Shown here: positions 31,416-37,033 of the stretch, piece by piece
Layout of the letters: each line of letters starts with the position of its first letter
Position numbering within the stretch: position 1 is the stretch's first letter
Origin: Pseudomonadota bacterium
Lineage (GTDB): Bacteria > Bdellovibrionota_B > Oligoflexia > Silvanigrellales > Silvanigrellaceae
Assembly (NCBI GenBank): GCA_039799985.1
Contig: JBDLRR010000301.1
Coordinates: forward strand, 1-37,033
Direction of reading: 5' to 3'
Length of the DNA: 37,033 nucleotides
Made by a program: the position numbers and the translations under genes
The notes under the pieces: generated by a model
Seen by the model: the letters and a program-made list of their open reading frames with translations, nothing else
What the model was told of the DNA's origin: nothing
Database searches by the model: none

Positions 31416-34403
31416 ATGAAGACTTTTTTTACGCAAACCTCAAGCTCGACAATGGATTTGGCAAGAACGCTGATTCAAGAAGCGGGCCTCGAAAATTCTT
31501 TTGCCGTCATGTGCAAGACTCAAACGGCGGGTCGTGGCCGGGCCGGAAGTGTCTGGAGCCAGGCTGAGGCTGTTAAAGAAAAGTTCAGCGAACTTGTGCC
31601 AGCAGAGGCACAACCGGTTGAGAAGAGCGATTTGGCAGCAGCTGTCCGCCATTGTGGTATTTTTGGTCCTTGTACCTTTGTCGTACCGGGCCATCTTCTC
31701 AAAATTCCCGTCAGTTGGTTGAGTCTCGCGGTGGGCTGTGCGGTTGCGGATGCTCTTTGGCGTGCGCGATCACGATTGGCAAACATGATGAATTTTTCGG
31801 GCTTGCTCGACGGCGAGCCTGTGCTCGAGGCAAAACTGAAATGGCCCAACGACGTCTGGGCCTGGCCGACCAATGTTGCATCCGGAGGTGCACGCGCAGT
31901 TCCCAAGAAGGTTGCTGGAATATTGTGTGAGTCATCCTTCCGCGCCGACAAGCTGCATTTTGTCAGTATTGGATTGGGTTTGAATCTGTTTGAGGCGCCT
32001 GCTCATGTCGCACAGGCAGGCAGTGTGCTTCAGATGTGGGGAGTCAACGCCACCCAGTTGTCTAAAGACATGCGCATGAACCTCAATGAAATTGTGGCCG
32101 AGGAAATTGAAAAGGAACTTGCCGATTATCTTTTCACAGAGCGATCGGCCGAGCAGCTGCGTCATCTTGTACTCGAACGTTCTTTGCCGTTGGGTACAAA
32201 ATTGTCGGTCAACAAAGGACAGCACACCGGCGCTTTTCTGGGGCTTTCCGCCGACGGCGGTTTGCTTTTGGAAGGGGCTACTGAACCTGTATTGGCTGCC
32301 GATGTTGGGTTTCCTGAGCCGTCTGCCAAAATTTGTCTCGACTTTGGCAACACCCAGATCCATTGGCGCTGCGAACGGGGAAGTGAGTCTGTCGTCGGAA
32401 ATTGTGATTGGTCTTTGCTTGATCGCAAAAGTCTGTCTGACACCAAGCTTTTCGCCAAGACTGAGTTCGCTCAGGAAATTTGTGCCAGTGTGCAAGATGC
32501 GACGCGTGTTGAACTCGTGTGGTCTGCAGTCGCGCATGCAGGGCAATCCATGAAGGTTGTCTATGGGATCGAGTCTGCGCTGATGGCTCAGCGTGCGATC
32601 GGTCGCGAGATTTTGTTGACACCTGTCGATTCGCTTTCAGTGTTGCGATCTGCGGGACTTGAAGCCGATTATGCACCCAATGAAATGGGAGTGGATCGTG
32701 CTTTGCAGGCCTGGACTGCGGTACGAAAAGCTCAAGACGCAGGTTCTGTTGCCGCTGTTTTGTCTGTTGGCACCGCACTCACGGGAATCGTAGTGGATGC
32801 AAAGCCACGAATGATTGAAAGCTTTATCTTGCCTGGCCCAGCGATGAGTCTGCAAGCCTTACACGAGAAGACCGCGCGGTTGCCAAAAATTGCTCTGCCC
32901 AAGGAGCTTGCCGAAGTTAAAAGTGCGCCCGAAATTTTTTCCACCCGCGTGTCGATGCTGCGTGGTCTTGTGCTGCAATTCAGAGGATTGGTGGATCTGC
33001 TGCATCAGCGCCACCAGGTCTCCCGGCTGATCTTGACGGGTGGAGGAGCGCAATCTCTTTTTGATGTTTTGGATCAGGACCTGCAAAACGTCACGTTTGT
33101 TGAGCACGATTTGGTCCTCAAGGCTATGTCGGAATTTGCAGGTCTGGCAACCAAAAAGACTCCGGTTGGCGATGCGAACCAGGAACTGGAATCCGAAGAG
33201 GGTTTGCCTGAAAAAGTCCTCCAGAGCATGTTGCGCGCGCGGATCTCCAGGCGACGATCGCAGAGGGTTGCGCTCGACAAAGCGCATTTTCGCCGGCTCG
33301 GAGGCCGACTTGAACACGTGGGTGTGGGGCTGCGGCTTGATCGTCATTTGGGCGAGAAATTCAAGTTTCACAATCGGGATATTTGGCAGCAGCGGATTGA
33401 TATTGGTGAGGTCTTGGTTGAACAAAATTCGCCCAAGAATCACATCAGCGACGCAGCGCCCGACAATCTTGTTGCCGTGAAGCCAACTTATGTTCTCAAA
33501 CAAGGTGATCAGATCTGGTTGTTTCATCCACCTGAATACGAACCCGACATGATGACCAACGTGGATGTGGTTTATGACGATGGCGATGCAGCCGTCTTCT
33601 GCAAGCCAGGAAATCTTGTTGTTCATGCAGCAGGGCTCTATGGAAAAAACACGTTCATAGAAATCGCAAAAAAGATGGGCTATCCGGATGCTGCCCCGGT
33701 TCACCGGATAGATCGTGAAACGTCTGGAATTCTGGTTTGTGCGCGCAGCACGCCCCTGCGGCGTGATTTGTCGTTGAGCTTTCGCGATTCGTCGGTCAAG
33801 AAAATGTATCTTGCCGTGTGCAAAGGAACCCGTTCGCTGCCCGATCAATTTCGGGTTGCACTTCCGATTGGTCCGGCAATCAATTCGCGTATCCGTTTGA
33901 AGCTTTGGCACAACCCGCAGGAAGGTCTCGACGCGTTGACTCATTGTCTGCGCTTGTCGCAATGGCAGGACTACACGCTGTTTGCCTGTATGCCGCAAAC
34001 CGGTCGCACCAACCAGATTCGTGTTCACCTGGCTGCGATTGGTCATTGGATTGTGGGCGACAAGATGTATCACCCCGATGAAGATGCTTTTCTTCAATTT
34101 TATGAAGAAGGATACATCGAATCTGTTGCAGAAAAGGTGTTGATGCCTCGCCATTGGCTGCACAACACGGGGATTCAGTTTTTTTCACGGCCCGACAGTG
34201 ATCTTGGGCGCAAGCCTGTGATTGCGCCACTCACCGACGACCTTCTGCAACATGAGCCCACGCTCGAACTTCTCGATCGGGCAGGAATTCCCCGCGATCC
34301 GAAGCTTCAGCACGATCAGTTGGCGCAATTGTTTCAGCGGGTTCTGGATATTGATTTTGGCAAGACCCCTGCTGTTGAGCCACAGGTGGAAGCGAATGTC
34401 TGA
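31416..34403 (+). CDS. birA: Triple-fusion protein: biotin-protein ligase (BirA, no HTH) + type III pantothenate kinase (CoaX) + RluA-family pseudouridine synthase
   Basis: This is a single uninterrupted 995-codon ORF. BirA covers about aa 1-300, with TQTAGRGRAGSVW (GRGR at nt 31530-31541) and KWPNDV...KKVAGILCES. CoaX covers about aa 305-575, with ICLDFGNTQIHW (nt 32340-32354), SVGTALTG, ILPGPAM and LILTGGGA. The synthase covers about aa 620-945, with an S4-like LRLDRHLGEKF, then VVYDDGDAAVFCKPGNLVVH, HRIDRETSGILVCAR (nt 33702-33728) and QTGRTNQIRVHLAAIGHWIVGD. Confidence 0.85.
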   Translation: MKTFFTQTSSSTMDLARTLIQEAGLENSFAVMCKTQTAGRGRAGSVWSQAEAVKEKFSELVPAEAQPVEKSDLAAAVRHCGIFGPCTFVVPGHLLKIPVSWLSLAVGCAVADALWRARSRLANMMNFSGLLDGEPVLEAKLKWPNDVWAWPTNVASGGARAVPKKVAGILCESSFRADKLHFVSIGLGLNLFEAPAHVAQAGSVLQMWGVNATQLSKDMRMNLNEIVAEEIEKELADYLFTERSAEQLRHLVLERSLPLGTKLSVNKGQHTGAFLGLSADGGLLLEGATEPVLAADVGFPEPSAKICLDFGNTQIHWRCERGSESVVGNCDWSLLDRKSLSDTKLFAKTEFAQEICASVQDATRVELVWSAVAHAGQSMKVVYGIESALMAQRAIGREILLTPVDSLSVLRSAGLEADYAPNEMGVDRALQAWTAVRKAQDAGSVAAVLSVGTALTGIVVDAKPRMIESFILPGPAMSLQALHEKTARLPKIALPKELAEVKSAPEIFSTRVSMLRGLVLQFRGLVDLLHQRHQVSRLILTGGGAQSLFDVLDQDLQNVTFVEHDLVLKAMSEFAGLATKKTPVGDANQELESEEGLPEKVLQSMLRARISRRRSQRVALDKAHFRRLGGRLEHVGVGLRLDRHLGEKFKFHNRDIWQQRIDIGEVLVEQNSPKNHISDAAPDNLVAVKPTYVLKQGDQIWLFHPPEYEPDMMTNVDVVYDDGDAAVFCKPGNLVVHAAGLYGKNTFIEIAKKMGYPDAAPVHRIDRETSGILVCARSTPLRRDLSLSFRDSSVKKMYLAVCKGTRSLPDQFRVALPIGPAINSRIRLKLWHNPQEGLDALTHCLRLSQWQDYTLFACMPQTGRTNQIRVHLAAIGHWIVGDKMYHPDEDAFLQFYEEGYIESVAEKVLMPRHWLHNTGIQFFSRPDSDLGRKPVIAPLTDDLLQHEPTLELLDRAGIPRDPKLQHDQLAQLFQRVLDIDFGKTPAVEPQVEANV

Positions 34404-35349
34404 TGCCGTCAGGGCCTATGCCTTTTTCACCGATATTCATGGCAACATGACGGCCCTGGACGCTGTCCTCGACGACATGTGCGAATTTTCGCGCGAGCGC
34501 GAAGTGGAACAGTTTCAAAGGGTGTGCTTGGGCGACAGCTTTGATGGTGGTCCCGATCCTGCTGCCGTCTTCGAACGTTTGGTCGAATTGGGATGTCCGC
34601 ATCTGCGCGGCAATCACGAGGATTATCTGTTTCAGTGTGTGGCGCATCCAGAAGACGAAAAATTTGCCCGGCCATTGTGGAAATTTGTTCCGTGGACAGT
34701 CAAGCGTATGGGTGATCAACTGTCCCGCATCAAAGCGCTCAGTGTTGATCGCTGGACCGCATCTCTTGATCCTTTGGTGGCAGTGCATGGTTGCATTGAA
34801 GGCAACAATCGGGTGCCCGATTTTTTTGTTCAGCAGTCTTCACTTTCAGCCGCCTTTACTGCTTCGCATGTCGAACAAATTTCCGACGATTCAAAGTTTT
34901 TTTTCAACGGCCACAGTCATTATCTTGGGCGCCATTGCCAGCACAAAAATGTTTGGTTCAACTGCGGGAGTGTGGGTTACCCATTTGTTGAAAAATTGGC
35001 AGTTCAACCCGATGCTCCATTGGCAACCTGGGTTTGGGTTGAGGCCGACAGCCGTCATGGCATTCGTGTTTTCAATCGACGTGTGCCCTATTCGTCCGAT
35101 ATTTTGTTGAGACGCTATGTTGAGTCGGGTGCTCTGGAACTGTGTGCACCCTTTTCTTTTGCAATTGCTGCCCAGAGTCTGTTCAACGAGGACGTTGTTT
35201 TTCCGTTTTTCCAGGCGGTCAAGAATCGAAATCTGACTCCCCAGGAAATGGCAAAGCTATTGGTGCAGGAACTCGACAAGCAGAGTGTTTTTGATCGTAT
35301 CAATCGGCTTTTGCGCAAGGCGGGATTCGAGGAGGTTGATTGCAACTGA
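34396..35349 (+). CDS. Calcineurin-like metallophosphoesterase
   Basis: 317 aa from the ATG at 34396, with an 8-nt overlap with the fusion gene. It has FTDIHGN, GDSFDGGPDP, RGNHEDY and NGHSH motifs. There is no signal peptide. Confidence 0.8.
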   Translation: MSDAVRAYAFFTDIHGNMTALDAVLDDMCEFSREREVEQFQRVCLGDSFDGGPDPAAVFERLVELGCPHLRGNHEDYLFQCVAHPEDEKFARPLWKFVPWTVKRMGDQLSRIKALSVDRWTASLDPLVAVHGCIEGNNRVPDFFVQQSSLSAAFTASHVEQISDDSKFFFNGHSHYLGRHCQHKNVWFNCGSVGYPFVEKLAVQPDAPLATWVWVEADSRHGIRVFNRRVPYSSDILLRRYVESGALELCAPFSFAIAAQSLFNEDVVFPFFQAVKNRNLTPQEMAKLLVQELDKQSVFDRINRLLRKAGFEEVDCN

Positions 35350-36647
35350 ATCGCTGGCTTTTATTGGTTTTTATTTTCTGCTTGGCAGTTGCATCGATAT
35401 TACCTCCGCTTGGTCGGTCGTCTGTGGCGGCAGCGGACGACGGTGGGCAACTGACTGTTGGTGCAATTCAGTTGGTTGGGCTGGTGCGGACCAACCAGGA
35501 ATTTGTGCTCAGGGAAATTGGCTTCGAAGCAGGCCAAAGAGTGTTGCAGGCCGACGTTGAAGCGGCCGCCCAGCGCCTGAGGAATACAAATTTTTTTGTG
35601 ACGGTTGAGGTGACTCCAGAACAAGGGTCAGAGGGACGCACGAATCTGAGATTTGATTTCCGTGAGAAGTGGACTCTCACTCCGGTGCTGCGTGGAGGTA
35701 CCGGTGGAGGTGTCGATTTCCTCGTTGTGGGCCTTTACGACTTGAATTTGCTTGGACGCGGCATCGAGGCGGGCATGCAATACGAGCAGTATTCCGGAGC
35801 TCCAGGGGTGAATCTCTGGTGGCGGCAGCCAAATTTTTTATCGCCTGTTTGGAAATCTGCAGTCGAAATTCAGGTTGGCAAGCGTCCCGTGTTTTATCTG
35901 GATCCCGGAACGGGACAGTATTTTACACCCTTGGCAAAGGCGAAGAGGCTTTCTGTTACAACTCAACGCAAATTGCGTCCCATCGACCTTGGATTGAGCG
36001 TTGAATTTTTGGAAAGGGAATTGGATTCAACTGAATTTGAGTCCACGGTTGAGTATGAAGATTTCAAGCGTCGAGAAGAGGCCGGCATTCTGGCGCGACT
36101 TTATTTGAGGTGGAATGCACTCAATCTGTATGATTATCTTTGGGATGGTCACAAACTTGAGTTCAGTGCCGGTAACCTGTTTCCTCGGCCCGGTTCCACC
36201 CAGTCCAACATTCAGACAGCATCGCTATCGGGAACTCATTTTTTCCGTTTTCTGGAAAGTCATAATTTGGGTTTTCGATTTCAGGCAAACTGGACCAATG
36301 GAAGTTCGTTGTTGTCCTTGTTGAGACTTGGGAGTCTTGACGCAGTTCGGGCTCTGGACGAAGGAGAACGGATGGGTCGGATTGCATGGACCGTCAATGC
36401 CGAGGAACGTTGGGTGAGCTACGTCGATGAAAATCTCGTGGTGCAGTCGGTCGTCTTTATTGATTCTGGCAATGCGGCAAAATCATTTGCGGAATGGCCC
36501 TACCCTACGGCTGCGAGTGCAGGCCTCGGTCTGCGGATTGGTCTTCGTCCTATTGCAAGACTCAGATTGAGAGCGGATTATGCGCATGCGCTGACCGGAC
36601 TGCGCAAGCGTCAAGGTTGGATAGTGGGAATGCAGCACTATTTTTGA
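35340..36647 (+). CDS. Omp85/surface-antigen-family outer-membrane beta-barrel with a single POTRA-like domain
   Basis: 435 aa with a TTG start after GAGGAGG. The signal peptide is LLLVFIFCLAVASILPP. The POTRA-like segment is IQLVGLVRTNQEFVLREIGFEAGQRVLQADVEAAAQRLRNTNFFVTVEV. The barrel has alternating strands and ends in the aromatic MQHYF. It overlaps the phosphoesterase gene by 10 nt. Confidence 0.65.
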   Translation: MQLNRWLLLVFIFCLAVASILPPLGRSSVAAADDGGQLTVGAIQLVGLVRTNQEFVLREIGFEAGQRVLQADVEAAAQRLRNTNFFVTVEVTPEQGSEGRTNLRFDFREKWTLTPVLRGGTGGGVDFLVVGLYDLNLLGRGIEAGMQYEQYSGAPGVNLWWRQPNFLSPVWKSAVEIQVGKRPVFYLDPGTGQYFTPLAKAKRLSVTTQRKLRPIDLGLSVEFLERELDSTEFESTVEYEDFKRREEAGILARLYLRWNALNLYDYLWDGHKLEFSAGNLFPRPGSTQSNIQTASLSGTHFFRFLESHNLGFRFQANWTNGSSLLSLLRLGSLDAVRALDEGERMGRIAWTVNAEERWVSYVDENLVVQSVVFIDSGNAAKSFAEWPYPTAASAGLGLRIGLRPIARLRLRADYAHALTGLRKRQGWIVGMQHYF

Positions 36648-36686
36648 AGTGTATTTGAAAACCAAAGTGAATGGAGAATCCAGGCG

Positions 36687-37033
36687 ATGCAGAACAGACC
36701 AAATTCAATTCAAAGACCAGGAATCGAAACACTTTGTGTTCATGCAGGTGTTGAACCTGAGCCCATGACCGGTGCAATCATGACGCCCATTTTTCAGACC
36801 TCAACATACGTGCAATCGGGCCCGGGCGAGCACAAGGGATATGACTATTCGCGCGGTGGAAATCCAACACGCACGTCACTTGAAACTGCATTGGCGGCAC
36901 TTGAACACGCCAAACATGGTATTTCTTTTGCCTCCGGTTTGGCCGCCGTTCATGCCATTGCACAGCTGTTGAATCCGGGCGATCACGTTCTGGTTTGCGA
37001 CGACGTTTATGGTGGCACGGGGCGATTGTTTCG
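36687..37033 (+). CDS. Cys/Met-metabolism PLP-dependent enzyme (cystathionine gamma-lyase / beta-lyase / gamma-synthase family), 5' part only
   Basis: My own translation from the ATG at 36687 is MQNRPNSIQRPGIETLCVHAGVEPEPMTGAIMTPIFQTSTYVQSGPGEHKGYDYSRGGNPTRTSLETALAALEHAKHGISFASGLAAVHAI... It has the typical YSRxGNPTR motif. The gene runs off the window end, so it is absent from the ORF track. Confidence 0.85.
   Translation, partial: MQNRPNSIQRPGIETLCVHAGVEPEPMTGAIMTPIFQTSTYVQSGPGEHKGYDYSRGGNPTRTSLETALAALEHAKHGISFASGLAAVHAIAQLLNPGDHVLVCDDVYGGTGRLF

Noticed and set aside
32859-34163. A 434-aa minus-strand ORF.
   Set aside because: It lies antisense to the CoaX/RluA part of the fusion gene. 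I recognise no domain in it, and its composition is typical of a shadow ORF.
1-37033. A search for CRISPR repeats, tRNA/rRNA/tmRNA/SRP-like sequences, IS elements, integrases, and toxin-antitoxin or known defence-system gene signatures.
   Set aside because: I saw no regularly spaced direct repeats, no T-loop or anticodon-arm-like structures in the few intergenic gaps, and no transposase or integrase motifs in any frame. By eye, GC content is uniform across the window.

Overview
The window is a compact, gene-dense stretch of chromosome, about 50% GC, from a Gram-negative bacterium. It encodes a TolC-family protein, FadL/PorV-like and Omp85-like outer-membrane proteins and a lipobox-like signal peptide. 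An AgmX/PglI-type TonB-like C-terminal domain suggests a Bdellovibrionota or Myxococcota-like organism, but this is inference only. I found no rRNA, tRNA, CRISPR array, integrase or transposase.

Most of the content is housekeeping:
- The 3' end of a UvrA-family gene, then psd, a GNAT acetyltransferase and 5-formyl-THF cyclo-ligase.
- RNase J and an HDAC-family deacetylase.
- A methionine/one-carbon block: a YitJ-like Hcy-methyltransferase/MTHFR fusion, a 2Fe-2S ferredoxin and full-length metH.
- nadC, and the 5' end of a Cys/Met PLP enzyme.

The parts worth a second look are:
1. An orphan Type III Mod-like DNA methyltransferase, with an extremely acidic 92-aa ORF 8 nt upstream.
2. A five-gene, translationally coupled, divergent ExbB/ExbD/ExbD/TonB(AgmX)-like energiser cluster.
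3. A minus-strand block of serine hydrolase, MacA-like adaptor, MacB, TolC-like protein and a second MacB.
4. A single 995-codon ORF fusing BirA, type III pantothenate kinase and an RluA-family pseudouridine synthase. It is coupled to a metallophosphoesterase and a one-POTRA Omp85 barrel.
5. A dense array of ATTTCG hexamers at the M48 peptidase / response regulator divergent region.
6. A 294-nt structured leader upstream of the methionine genes.

None of these can be shown to be a new system from sequence alone. All functional links are inference and are ranked accordingly.
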